Shown here: positions 39,536 to 48,404 of the stretch, one piece after another
Numbering within the stretch: the first letter of the stretch is position 1
Layout: the number at the start of each line of letters is the position of its first letter
Source of the DNA: Candidatus Aldehydirespiratoraceae bacterium
GTDB lineage: Bacteria > Actinomycetota > Acidimicrobiia > Acidimicrobiales > Aldehydirespiratoraceae
Reading direction: 5' to 3'
Assembly (NCBI GenBank): GCA_965214565.1
Contig: OZ243951.1
Location: forward strand, 2,740,888 to 2,804,887
Length of the DNA stretch: 64,000 nucleotides
Program-made: the position numbers and the translations under genes
Notes under the pieces: generated by a model
What the model saw: the letters and a program-made list of their open reading frames with translations, nothing else
Databases searched by the model: none
Told to the model about the DNA's origin: nothing

Positions 39536-39913
39536 TCAGCTTTGTCTCAGCGACCCGACAGGTATCGATATTGTGCCTCTGGTCTTGTCGATTCTGAACG
39601 GACCATCGACGCGAGCCAGCGTGCAGGACACCAGCACGTCGTCTTGGTACCTGTCAAGGTTTAGCCAGCTGGTTGAGACCAGAGTGTCCCCGCCGGGTGT
39701 GTCCGCTGGGGGTTTGATCGTGAACGTCACGGTTAAGAACTGGGAGGGTGACCCGATCACCTTGAGGTCAGCCTGAGCTTCTAGCCCCGCTTCTGGGACT
39801 AATCCGCCGACAAGGACAGCGAAGCCGACCTCAACGTGACTATCGGGCACCGCGCCCGTAGTCACATCTTGGAGCCAGACTTTGTTGATGTCTTTGTTGG
39901 CGTTCCCCGACAT
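39536..39913 (-). CDS. Hypothetical protein (125 aa, predicted beta-rich), downstream partner of the HIRAN gene
   Basis: A strong GGGAGGG SD lies 5 nt before the ATG, 25 nt after the HIRAN gene's stop. Low GC like its neighbour. No family recognised. Confidence 0.65.
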   Translation of the reverse strand: MSGNANKDINKVWLQDVTTGAVPDSHVEVGFAVLVGGLVPEAGLEAQADLKVIGSPSQFLTVTFTIKPPADTPGGDTLVSTSWLNLDRYQDDVLVSCTLARVDGPFRIDKTRGTISIPVGSLRQS

Positions 39914-39938
39914 GGTGTCCCTCCCTCATATCCGCCGC

Positions 39939-40940
39939 TCAGGCGGGTGGTGGTGGTGGAGGTGGAGGTGGTGGCGGCGGCGGCAGAGCGGTTGTTGTCG
40001 GCGGCGGCGCCCCAGCGTTCAGTCTTTTGGCTTCACGGAATGCTTCCTTGGCGGCTTCGCATGTCTCGATCTTGAAACGTGTGTGCAGCAGCCTTCCGAC
40101 TGCTTGATGGTGTCCAGCGTCATTTCGCTTGACTGTTCCGCAGTAAGAACTGCACTTCCATGTTGATGCTTCGTGAGCGTTGCTTGGCAGCTTGGCTCGG
40201 ATGCTCCCGGCGAAATCGTCCTCTTCGTCTTCTTCGCCCCCGAACCGCTCATAACAGTTACGTGTCAAGGTCAATTTCACTTCCAAATTGTCTACGTTTG
40301 GTCCCCAGAGTTTTTCGAGCGGGTCGACGACACCTACGACTGCGCTGCCCTTCGCTATGACGACTTCTATCGTGTTCGGGGAGTCAGCGACGTTTGGTGA
40401 GTGCCTCAGCCTGGCGGCGAAAGCCTTGGTGACCTCCCAATCGTCCTCTCGTTCGCGTCCTCGCTTCAGCATCGGCTGAAGAACTCTCTCGTCTAGATCG
40501 ACTCTGATGGCTCGACTGCCGAGTCCCCCTGCGTCCATGGCGGTCTTGTCTAGTTTGACTCCGAAGCAGCCATGCCTGCCCACGACGGCCCCCTTGACAG
40601 GTACCGGTTCGACTACATCGTCTGCGAACATGGCGGCGGTCGCCCTGTCAAGGTGACCTACCAGAAGGGCGGTCGTGTGGTCATATCTGTCGAGTGCGCT
40701 CGCACAAACAGCAATAGCGTTGGGGTCGTACTTGTTGTGGGTGTCTCTTACTAACCAGAACTGAACTCCCAGCTTCATCCAGTCCCCCGAAGAGTGGATG
40801 TGGCGTTTGCCATCTTGGAGCAGCGCGCCAATTTGCTGGTCGTGGTAGCTCTCGCCGACGATATCGAACCTACAGTCGTCGTTGTCTGTCACGTTCCAGT
40901 AGGCGACGTTGAGTTTCGAGCGTCGTCTCAACAGTCCCAT
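39939..40940 (-). CDS. HIRAN-domain protein with an uncharacterised C-terminal region and a poly-proline tail
   Basis: The N-terminus FDIVGESYHDQQIGALL...FWLVRDTHNKYDPNAIAVC...VGHLDRATAAMFADDV fits the HIRAN pattern (VGxxY...N-x-Y/F-D-x-N-A-I/V...G-Y/H-L/V). An AAGGAG SD lies 8 nt before the ATG. The C-terminus ends in 13 consecutive Pro. GC was about 45% in the one 60-nt line I hand-counted (40261-40320). Confidence 0.75.
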   Translation of the reverse strand: MGLLRRRSKLNVAYWNVTDNDDCRFDIVGESYHDQQIGALLQDGKRHIHSSGDWMKLGVQFWLVRDTHNKYDPNAIAVCASALDRYDHTTALLVGHLDRATAAMFADDVVEPVPVKGAVVGRHGCFGVKLDKTAMDAGGLGSRAIRVDLDERVLQPMLKRGREREDDWEVTKAFAARLRHSPNVADSPNTIEVVIAKGSAVVGVVDPLEKLWGPNVDNLEVKLTLTRNCYERFGGEEDEEDDFAGSIRAKLPSNAHEASTWKCSSYCGTVKRNDAGHHQAVGRLLHTRFKIETCEAAKEAFREAKRLNAGAPPPTTTALPPPPPPPPPPPPPA

Positions 40941-41197
40941 CTCGTCGCTCCTTTAGGATGCGGGCTTCAGTTGGCGCACGCTACTACGAATGGTGTCTGC
41001 CTGGGTGACCTGACCCCCTTTTATGGTCCGGTTGTTTTGAGAGTGTTTTCTGGTTGTTTGCCCATTGGTCCGCGTATTGGGTTGGTGTGAGCACACCGAT
41101 ACCGAACTGTTGAGATTGGAACTGATCATCTAGCCGTCAGGGGCATCCCACCACGGCGCCGGGCTCAATCTTGTGGGGTGGGCGCTAGCGTGGCTCT

Positions 41198-41554
41198 GTG
41201 GCTACCAAGGCGAAGCAGAACGGTGACCTCTCGGGTGACGACGGGCTTCCGGTCAAGATGCTCAACGATCGGATCCTCGTGTCGCTCGGTGAGGCGGAGG
41301 GAGAGCGTCGGTCATCGGGGGGAATCCTGATCCCGGCGACGGCACAGGTCGGCAAGCGCCTGTCGTGGGCGGAGGTCGTGGCCGTGGGCCCCAATGTCCG
41401 CAATCTCGAGACCGGAGATCAGGTTCTGTTCAACCCCGAGGACAGATACGAGGTGGAGGTCCGGGGCCTCGACTACATCATCCTGCGCGAACGCGACATC
41501 CATGCAGTTGCGGCCGAACGCCTCGACGAGGGCTCCACCGGCCTCTACCTGTGA
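41198..41554 (+). CDS. GroES/Cpn10-family protein with N- and C-terminal extensions (not adjacent to groEL)
   Basis: VKMLNDRILVSLGEAEGERRSSGGILIPATA...AEVVAVGP...ETGDQVLF...YIILRERDIHAV matches the Cpn10 fold pattern. An extra tail reads AAERLDEGSTGLYL. The GTG start is uncertain (alternative ATG 41258). Confidence 0.75.
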   Translation: MATKAKQNGDLSGDDGLPVKMLNDRILVSLGEAEGERRSSGGILIPATAQVGKRLSWAEVVAVGPNVRNLETGDQVLFNPEDRYEVEVRGLDYIILRERDIHAVAAERLDEGSTGLYL

Positions 41555-41576
41555 CCCAAAGGCAGCTGTCGATGAG

Positions 41577-43028
41577 TCAGGGGTGCAGCGGGCTGCGCTG
41601 GTCGGCCCAGCGGACTTCGAGCTCAAGTTGGCGGGCGACCTGCAGCAGCAGGTGCTCGTTGCCGTAGGCGGCGATCAGCTGGATGCCGATAGGCAGGCCG
41701 GTGCTGGTGCGCGCGAGCGGCAGCGATATCGCAGGTTGACCGGTCGTGTTGAAAGGGGCCGTCAACGTCGAATACGCCAAGGTGGCGAGAATCGCCGCTT
41801 CGGGGTCTGGCGCGGAGGCCGACATCACACCAAGGCGCGCCGGCGGTCGAAGGCACGTCGGCGCCAGCAACAGGTCGTGTCCGTCGACCCACCATTGCGC
41901 CATCAGGCGACGGAACTTCAGCATTTCGTCGTTGCTGCGCATCAACTCCAGGGCGTCGATTCGACGACCACGCTCGGCCAGCCGCCAGGTCATGGGCTCG
42001 ACATCCTCGGGAGCGATGTCTCGGCCGATCCATTCGCTGAACTGATCCAACGAATGAGCGACCCCGACTGCCCAAGCGGGACCGAACGAGCCGATCAGCT
42101 CCTCGTCGTGCAAGGCCGCGGGTGAATCATCGTCGACGGTGTGGCCCAGTCGTTCCAGCATTGCAGCGGCCTCCTGCACCGCGAGGGCAACCTCAGGATC
42201 GATCGCGACCCGGCTGCGGATCGTGTCGGCCAGCATGCCGATACGCAACGTCGGCGGCGCCTGGTTGATCAACTCCGCATACGGGGCCGGGGGAGCGGGG
42301 GCGATCACGCCGTCGCCCGGGAACGGTCCGGCGGTGGCGTCGAGGATCGCCGCGCTGTCACGCACAGTGTGGCACACGACGTGCTGAACGCTGTTGCTCC
42401 ACTCGTCGTTGTGGGGACCCTGCGAGATGCGTCCCCGGCTCGGTTTGAGGCCGACCAGGCCGCACATGGCTGCTGGAATTCGTATCGACCCGCCGCCGTC
42501 GCTGGCGTTGGCGGCCGGGAGAATTCCTGCGGCGACCGCGGCCGCGGCACCGCCCGAGGAGCCGCCGGGGCTGCGAGAGAGGTCCCAGGGGTTGCGGGTG
42601 GCGCCATAGGACAGCGGCTCCGTCGTGGCTGCAAGTCCCATCTCGGGGCTGTTGGTTCGCCCGCACAGCACGAAGCCGGCTCGGCGGTAGGCCGTGGTGA
42701 TGTTGGCGTCGAAGGTGGCCGTGTGGCCGGCATTCTTGAGGCCGAGCACCCCCATATGGAACGGGTCTCCCTCAGAGCACGGCCAGAGGTCCTTCAGCAG
42801 CATCGGGACGCCACGGAAGGGTCCGTCGGGGAGTGCGGACTGCGCGATGGCCCGGGCCTTGTCGAAGCTCGGTTGGATCACCGCGTTGACCTGCGGATCG
42901 ATCTGCTCAATGCGGTCGATGGTGTCGTCGATCAACTCGACGGGGCTGATCTGTCGGGTCTGCACCAGCTCGGCGAGCCCCACAGCATCGATGCGGGCCA
43001 GTTCGGATCTTTCGGAAGTGTCAAGCAT
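41577..43028 (-). CDS. Amidase-signature family enzyme
   Basis: [14 protein letters not shown] plus the upstream KD...G and downstream [12 protein letters not shown] amidase-signature blocks. The start is at the internal ATG (43028, [10 protein letters not shown]). Confidence 0.88.
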   Translation of the reverse strand: MLDTSERSELARIDAVGLAELVQTRQISPVELIDDTIDRIEQIDPQVNAVIQPSFDKARAIAQSALPDGPFRGVPMLLKDLWPCSEGDPFHMGVLGLKNAGHTATFDANITTAYRRAGFVLCGRTNSPEMGLAATTEPLSYGATRNPWDLSRSPGGSSGGAAAAVAAGILPAANASDGGGSIRIPAAMCGLVGLKPSRGRISQGPHNDEWSNSVQHVVCHTVRDSAAILDATAGPFPGDGVIAPAPPAPYAELINQAPPTLRIGMLADTIRSRVAIDPEVALAVQEAAAMLERLGHTVDDDSPAALHDEELIGSFGPAWAVGVAHSLDQFSEWIGRDIAPEDVEPMTWRLAERGRRIDALELMRSNDEMLKFRRLMAQWWVDGHDLLLAPTCLRPPARLGVMSASAPDPEAAILATLAYSTLTAPFNTTGQPAISLPLARTSTGLPIGIQLIAAYGNEHLLLQVARQLELEVRWADQRSPLHP

Positions 43029-43240
43029 GGCCGAGACTCTAGATGTCCCTCGAACCGCAGGCGCAGTCGAATGGTTAACAGGACCTCTCAGAGGACGAGC
43101 AGATTGTCGCCGAACGCTGTCGAGACCGAGCGAGGCCCCGGCCCGAACAACCCACCCGCGGCTTCGAGGCCCGGTGAGCCCGGCGAACAAGCGCGGAAAG
43201 GCCCGACTGGTACAGGGCCGGGGACGTAGGCTGGGAGACT

Positions 43241-43663
43241 ATGGGAAAGTCTTCAGATGGAGCCGCACTGGAAGAAGGACTCTCGGTCGAACTCGACTTC
43301 GACAAGGTCGCCAAGATCGGCCGGGCCGGACATCAAGTCGTCCCGGTGGTGCTCCAGGACGCCGATTCCGACGAGGTCCTGTTCATCGGCTACGCCGATG
43401 AGCAGGCTTTTTCAGCGACGCTCGAACGACGCTCAGCGGTGCTGTACTCGACCTCGCGCCAGCAACTGTGGCACAAGGGGGCGACGAGCGGAGACACCCT
43501 CGAGGTGGTCGACGTGAAGGTCAACTGTGAGCAGAACAGCTTGCTGTATCGCGTCCGCAAGGCAGGCACGGGCGTGTGCCACACCAAAGATGAGCACGGC
43601 AACACCCGCCCGACCTGCTACTACCGCACCGTGACCAATCCAGACTCGCTCGCGTTTGGCTGA
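43241..43663 (+). CDS. hisI: Phosphoribosyl-AMP cyclohydrolase
   Basis: VPVVLQD...EVLFIGYADEQA, LWHKGATSGD, and VDVKVNCEQNSLLY...GVCHT motifs. Confidence 0.92.
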   Translation: MGKSSDGAALEEGLSVELDFDKVAKIGRAGHQVVPVVLQDADSDEVLFIGYADEQAFSATLERRSAVLYSTSRQQLWHKGATSGDTLEVVDVKVNCEQNSLLYRVRKAGTGVCHTKDEHGNTRPTCYYRTVTNPDSLAFG

Positions 43664-43666
43664 GCA

Positions 43667-45205
43667 TTGACCGTACGCCCCGACCTTGAAGAGTTCCGCT
43701 CGCTGGCGCGGTCGCACCGCATCGTTCCGGTTTGGCGCAACGTTCTCGCCGACCTCAGCACGCCCGTCAGTGCCTTCGCCAGGGTAGTCGGTGAAGACGA
43801 AGGCTTCCTGCTCGAATCCGTGGAGGGCGGAGACCGTTGGAGCCGCTGGTCGTTCGTTGGTCGCCGCCCTCTCGGAACGCTCGTCGTGCAACACGGCCGA
43901 ATCACCATCGAGGGCGACCTCGGCATCGACATAGACCCCGATGGGGGCATACTCGCCGCGCTGGAACGGCTCTTGAAGCACTACGAGGCTCCCGACATCG
44001 AAGGCCTGCCGCCGCTCCACAGCGGGCTGATCGGCTACCTCGGATACGACGTTGTTCGAGAGGTGGAGCACCTGCCAAACGTCGCGGAGGACGACCTCGG
44101 CTACCCCGACGCAGTCGTTTCGATAATCGGCGAACTCGCTGCCTACGACCATTGGCAGCAGCGGGTGACGCTGATCGCCAACGCGGCGATCCCGCAGGGC
44201 GCTGACGACGCCGCGATTGAATCCGCGTACCACGACGCCGTAGCGCGTCTCGAATCGCTGGGTCGAGCGGGATCTGCGGCGTTGGAGGAGCCGCTGTTCA
44301 ACCCGGCGGAGGGAGACGAGGAGCTACCCGAGTTCACCTCCACGATGTCGAAGTCGAACTACTGCGCGGCCGTCGAAGCGGCTCGCGAGCGCATCCTCGC
44401 TGGGGACATCTTCCAGGTAGTGCTGGCCCAGCGGTTCGATGTGTCCTTCGACGCCGACGCGTTCGATCTGTACCGAGTGTTGCGCCAGTTGAACCCGAGT
44501 CCCTACATGTACTTCCTGCGCCACGGCGATCTGGAGATCGTGGGCGGATCGCCTGAGCCGATGGTGCGGCTCCAAGACGGGCGAGTTGTCTCCCGTCCGA
44601 TAGCGGGCACCCGCAAGCGGGGTAGAACCACCGAGCACGACCGCCGGCTAGCGGCAGAACTGCGCGAACACCCCAAAGAGATCGCAGAGCATGTGATGCT
44701 CGTGGACCTCGCCCGCAATGACATCGGGCGGGTCATCGAGTTCGGATCCCTGAACGTGGACGAGATGATGACCCTCGAGCGTTACAGCCACGTCATGCAC
44801 CTCACCTCGCAGGTCTCGGGCGACCTGCGCGACGGTGCCACCGCCATCGACGTGCTGCGCGCCACTCTTCCGGCGGGCACGCTGTCAGGGGCACCCAAAG
44901 TTCGGGCCATGGAGATCATCGACGAGCTCGAACCGGTGAAGCGCGGCCCCTACGGGGGAGTGGTCGGATACCTCAACTTCTCGGGCTGTATCGACACCGC
45001 AATCACGATCCGCACCATGCTGGTGTCCGGCAACCGTGCCACGGTCTGCGCCGGTGCGGGAATCGTGGCTGACTCGGTGGCCTCCGACGAGCACCTCGAG
45101 TGTCAGAACAAGGCGAGAGCCCTGCTCGCGGCGGTGCCCGTCGCCCGAAGGATGCGCGAGGCGCGTGAGGCGCTTCGAGCAGAGCAGGCCAAGGGGCCGC
45201 GCTGA
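43667..45205 (+). CDS. trpE: Anthranilate synthase component I
   Basis: LLESVEGG, NPSPYMYFL, IAGTRKRG, and GGVVGYLNFSG...DTAITIRT motifs. TTG start 4 nt after the hisI stop. Confidence 0.95.
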   Translation: MTVRPDLEEFRSLARSHRIVPVWRNVLADLSTPVSAFARVVGEDEGFLLESVEGGDRWSRWSFVGRRPLGTLVVQHGRITIEGDLGIDIDPDGGILAALERLLKHYEAPDIEGLPPLHSGLIGYLGYDVVREVEHLPNVAEDDLGYPDAVVSIIGELAAYDHWQQRVTLIANAAIPQGADDAAIESAYHDAVARLESLGRAGSAALEEPLFNPAEGDEELPEFTSTMSKSNYCAAVEAARERILAGDIFQVVLAQRFDVSFDADAFDLYRVLRQLNPSPYMYFLRHGDLEIVGGSPEPMVRLQDGRVVSRPIAGTRKRGRTTEHDRRLAAELREHPKEIAEHVMLVDLARNDIGRVIEFGSLNVDEMMTLERYSHVMHLTSQVSGDLRDGATAIDVLRATLPAGTLSGAPKVRAMEIIDELEPVKRGPYGGVVGYLNFSGCIDTAITIRTMLVSGNRATVCAGAGIVADSVASDEHLECQNKARALLAAVPVARRMREAREALRAEQAKGPR

Positions 45206-45206
45206 C

Positions 45207-46061
45207 ATGCTCGCTACGATCGTCGACCGCGATGTAGTCGAGATCAAGGGCTCCGACGCATCGACGTATCTGCAGGGCCAGATCTCCCAGGATGTAGACC
45301 GGATCACCGCGGGCTCGACAGCCTGGTCACTTGTTTTGGCACCCACAGGCAGGCTCACAGCCTGGTTCCGGGTTCATCGGGTCTCAGACGAGCGTTTTCT
45401 GGTGGACCTCGAAACCGGCTGGGCAGCCCCGCTTGTCGAGCGGCTGGAACGGTTCAAGCTTCGCACCGCGGTCGAGTTCAGGATCCTCGAGGGTTGGAGG
45501 ATGCTGTCGATCCGCAACGACCCCAACGCGCAGGACGCGGAAGCACCCTTGTTGGCGGTCCCCGGATTCAAGGTCCAAGAAGTGCTCTCGACGGCTTTCG
45601 AGTGGCCGGGATTCTCGGGTTCGGACCATCTCGGTGAGGCACTGGTGGCACCCAGCGGGATCGAACTCGACGACGCCGCATTCGAACGGGCCCGGATCCT
45701 CGCCGGAATGCCTCGCCTCGGTGTCGACATCAACGAGGGCACGATCCCGGCGGAGGGCGGAGAGCGTCTCATCGAGACGTCCGTGAGTTTCACGAAGGGC
45801 TGCTACACCGGTCAGGAACTGGTGGCACGGATAGACAGCCGTGGCGGAAATGTGCCTCGTCCGCTGCGGGTGCTGGTAGCGGACGGACCTCTCGGGGTCG
45901 GTGGGGTCGTCGCCTTGGAAGGTGTCGATGTGGGCGTGGTTACCTCGGTGGCGACCTCGCAGGGATCTTCGGTGGCGATCGCCCCGTTGATGCGCAAAGT
46001 CACGCCCGGTAGCGTCGTGTCCGTCGACGGCGTCGCCGCGGTCGTCCAGGTGCCGGGGTGA
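45207..46061 (+). CDS. ygfZ: Folate-binding protein YgfZ (GcvT-like fold)
   Basis: The KGCYTGQE signature is present (FTKGCYTGQELVARIDSRG). N-terminal G.DA..YLQGQ.S.D motif. Confidence 0.8.
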   Translation: MLATIVDRDVVEIKGSDASTYLQGQISQDVDRITAGSTAWSLVLAPTGRLTAWFRVHRVSDERFLVDLETGWAAPLVERLERFKLRTAVEFRILEGWRMLSIRNDPNAQDAEAPLLAVPGFKVQEVLSTAFEWPGFSGSDHLGEALVAPSGIELDDAAFERARILAGMPRLGVDINEGTIPAEGGERLIETSVSFTKGCYTGQELVARIDSRGGNVPRPLRVLVADGPLGVGGVVALEGVDVGVVTSVATSQGSSVAIAPLMRKVTPGSVVSVDGVAAVVQVPG

Positions 46062-46126
46062 CAATCTCTGATGTTGTGCCGCGCTGGATTTGCTCCCGAC
46101 ACCGGTCGTCAACCTAGAGTCGGCAC

Positions 46127-46432
46127 ATGTCCAAGATTTCAGTAATCGCAAGAATTCCACTCAAGCCAGGAGCCAAAGGTGATTTCGTCGCGGCGTTCTC
46201 CCCGATGTTGGAACAGGTCAACACCGAGGCCGGGACCGAGATCTACATTCTCAACGAGGATCAGGCCGACGAGAACCTCGTCTGGGTGTATGAGCTCTAC
46301 CGCGATTCAGATTCGTTCGGGGAGCACACCTCCTCAGACGCTATGGCTGCCCTGTTGGGAGCATTGCGCGATCTGCTCGATGGTGATGCCGGATTGCACA
46401 TGCTCACTCCGATAGCAGGCAAGGGCCTCTGA
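46127..46432 (+). CDS. Antibiotic-biosynthesis-monooxygenase (ABM/Dabb) family protein
   Basis: 101 aa. It shows the ferredoxin-like pattern (ISVIARIPLKPG...E.GT.IY.L.ED....LVWVYELY.D...F..H), typical of ABM domains. Confidence 0.65.
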   Translation: MSKISVIARIPLKPGAKGDFVAAFSPMLEQVNTEAGTEIYILNEDQADENLVWVYELYRDSDSFGEHTSSDAMAALLGALRDLLDGDAGLHMLTPIAGKGL

Positions 46433-46542
46433 TCGGGCCCCGGGCCCGAGCGGCCCGGCGTGACGGGAGACTTCGAGCGGCCGAGTTCGCCTCGGCAGGC
46501 AATTGTGAAGGGTGAGGCGTTCGGTCCGCTAGCGTCGGATCC

Positions 46543-47214
46543 ATGTTCATCAAGATCTGCGGTATCACGAGCGAGCAGGACGCACTGTTGGCGACTGCAC
46601 TGGGGGCCGACGCGGTCGGTTTCGTGTTCGCTCCTTCGACGCGTCAGGTGGCTGTGGACCGCGCCCGGGACATCGCCCGCCGGCTCCCCGCCGAGATACT
46701 GACTATCGGAGTCTTTCGTAATGAACTCCCTGACCGGGTGGTGGAGGTCGTGCATCGTGCCGGGTTGGGGGCGGCACAGCTGCACGGACATGAGTCGCCT
46801 GAGCAGGCTCGGGACGTCCGCAGCCGGGTCCCGCGGATGATCAAGGGTTTCTACCCCATCGACCCGGGACTGTCCGATGTCGCCGCCTACAACGCCGATG
46901 TGGCGCTCATTGACTCTCCGACACCGGGCGGAGGAGAGGTGTTCGATTGGAGTCTCGTCGAGAACGTGCCGCTCTCGGGCATCCCGTTGTTGCTGGCTGG
47001 CGGCCTCGACGCGGACAATGTGCGCAGGGCGATACACACGGTGTCTCCCTGGGGGGTCGACGTCTCCAGCGGTGTTGAACGGACGCCCGGCGAGAAGGAC
47101 CCGGTCAAGATGAGGCGCTTCATCGACGCTGCACGCGAGGCCTTCCAAGAGGTGCGCATGCGTGACCGCGTGGAGATATCCGATGTCCCCTACAACTGGG
47201 AGGACGATTTCTGA
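46543..47214 (+). CDS. trpF: Phosphoribosylanthranilate isomerase
   Basis: MFIKICGIT...DA...[25 protein letters not shown] and GVDVSSGVE motifs. The stop overlaps the trpB ATG. Confidence 0.88.
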   Translation: MFIKICGITSEQDALLATALGADAVGFVFAPSTRQVAVDRARDIARRLPAEILTIGVFRNELPDRVVEVVHRAGLGAAQLHGHESPEQARDVRSRVPRMIKGFYPIDPGLSDVAAYNADVALIDSPTPGGGEVFDWSLVENVPLSGIPLLLAGGLDADNVRRAIHTVSPWGVDVSSGVERTPGEKDPVKMRRFIDAAREAFQEVRMRDRVEISDVPYNWEDDF

Positions 47215-48404
47215 TGTCGGAAGCTCTCAACAGCGGTGTGCAACCCGGTTTCATGGCCGACCCGACCGCGGAGGGACGTTTCGGCGAGTTCGGCGGCATG
47301 TATGTGCCCGAGACCCTGGTGCCGGCATGCCAGGAACTCGATCGTGCCTTTCGGTCGGCGTGGGCCGACCCTTCATTTCGGGCTGAGCTCACAGACCTGT
47401 TGACGCACTATGCGGGGCGTCCGTCTCCCATCACCCGGTGTGACAATCTCAGTGAGGAGTTGGGTTGCATGATCCTGCTCAAGCGTGAAGACCTGAATCA
47501 CACCGGCAGCCACAAGATCAACAACGTACTGGGCCAGGCACTGCTGGCCAGACGCATGGGCAAGACGCGTCTCGTGGCCGAGACGGGGGCAGGTCAGCAC
47601 GGTGTGGCGACCGCCACCGCAGCGGCGCTGTTCGACATGGAGTGCATCGTCTACATGGGGACGGTCGACATTCGCCGTCAGGAGCTCAATGTCTTTCGCA
47701 TGAAACTCCTCGGCAGCGAGGTGCGGGCCGCAAAGTCGGGTTCTGAGACGCTGAAGGACGCCGTCAACGAGGCGATGAGGCACTGGGTCGCGGCCGTCGA
47801 GTCCACCCACTACTGCCTGGGTTCGGTGATGGGGCCCCACCCTTACCCTTGGATGGTCCGGGAGTTCCATCGGGTCATCGGCGACGAGGCCGCGCAGCAG
47901 TGCGCCGGGCTTCTCGACGGTGGCACCCCCGATGTGGTGGTGGCCTGCGTCGGAGGAGGCTCCAATGCTGCGGGGATCTTCTCGGGTTTCGCAGACACCG
48001 ACGCGGAACTGGTCGGGGTGGAGCCCGCCGGTGGGGCCGCGGTGGGGCGGGCCGTGCCGGGCATCGTCCATGGCTCGCACTCCTATCTGATGCAGGACGA
48101 ATGGGGCCAGGTGCTTGAAGCACAGTCGATCTCCGCGGGGCTCGACTATCCCGGCATCGGCCCGGAGCACGCGCACCTGGCAGCGACGGGGCGGGCCCGT
48201 TACGAACCCGTTACCGATGCTCAGGTTGTTGAGGCGTTCCAGCTGCTGGCACGCACGGAGGGGATCATCACTGCGCTCGAATCGGCTCACGGCCTGGCCT
48301 GGATTGTGCAGGCACAAGATGAACTCGAAGGTAAGACTGTGCTGTTGAACCTCAGTGGTCGAGGCGACAAGGACGTTGCACAGATGATGGATGTGCTGGC
48401 GTGA
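47214..48404 (+). CDS. trpB: Tryptophan synthase beta chain
   Basis: [32 protein letters not shown] and NLSGRGDKD motifs. Confidence 0.97.
   Translation: MSEALNSGVQPGFMADPTAEGRFGEFGGMYVPETLVPACQELDRAFRSAWADPSFRAELTDLLTHYAGRPSPITRCDNLSEELGCMILLKREDLNHTGSHKINNVLGQALLARRMGKTRLVAETGAGQHGVATATAAALFDMECIVYMGTVDIRRQELNVFRMKLLGSEVRAAKSGSETLKDAVNEAMRHWVAAVESTHYCLGSVMGPHPYPWMVREFHRVIGDEAAQQCAGLLDGGTPDVVVACVGGGSNAAGIFSGFADTDAELVGVEPAGGAAVGRAVPGIVHGSHSYLMQDEWGQVLEAQSISAGLDYPGIGPEHAHLAATGRARYEPVTDAQVVEAFQLLARTEGIITALESAHGLAWIVQAQDELEGKTVLLNLSGRGDKDVAQMMDVLA

Noticed and set aside
42141-43229. 362-aa plus-strand ORF antisense to the amidase
   Set aside because: It is a shadow ORF. The amidase signature (GGSSGG…) is on the minus strand.
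46432-46450. Palindrome TCGGGCCCCGGGCCCGA right after the ABM gene's stop, considered as a terminator
   Set aside because: It is a perfect palindrome with essentially no loop and no T-tract. It may form a short hairpin, but the evidence for termination is weak.
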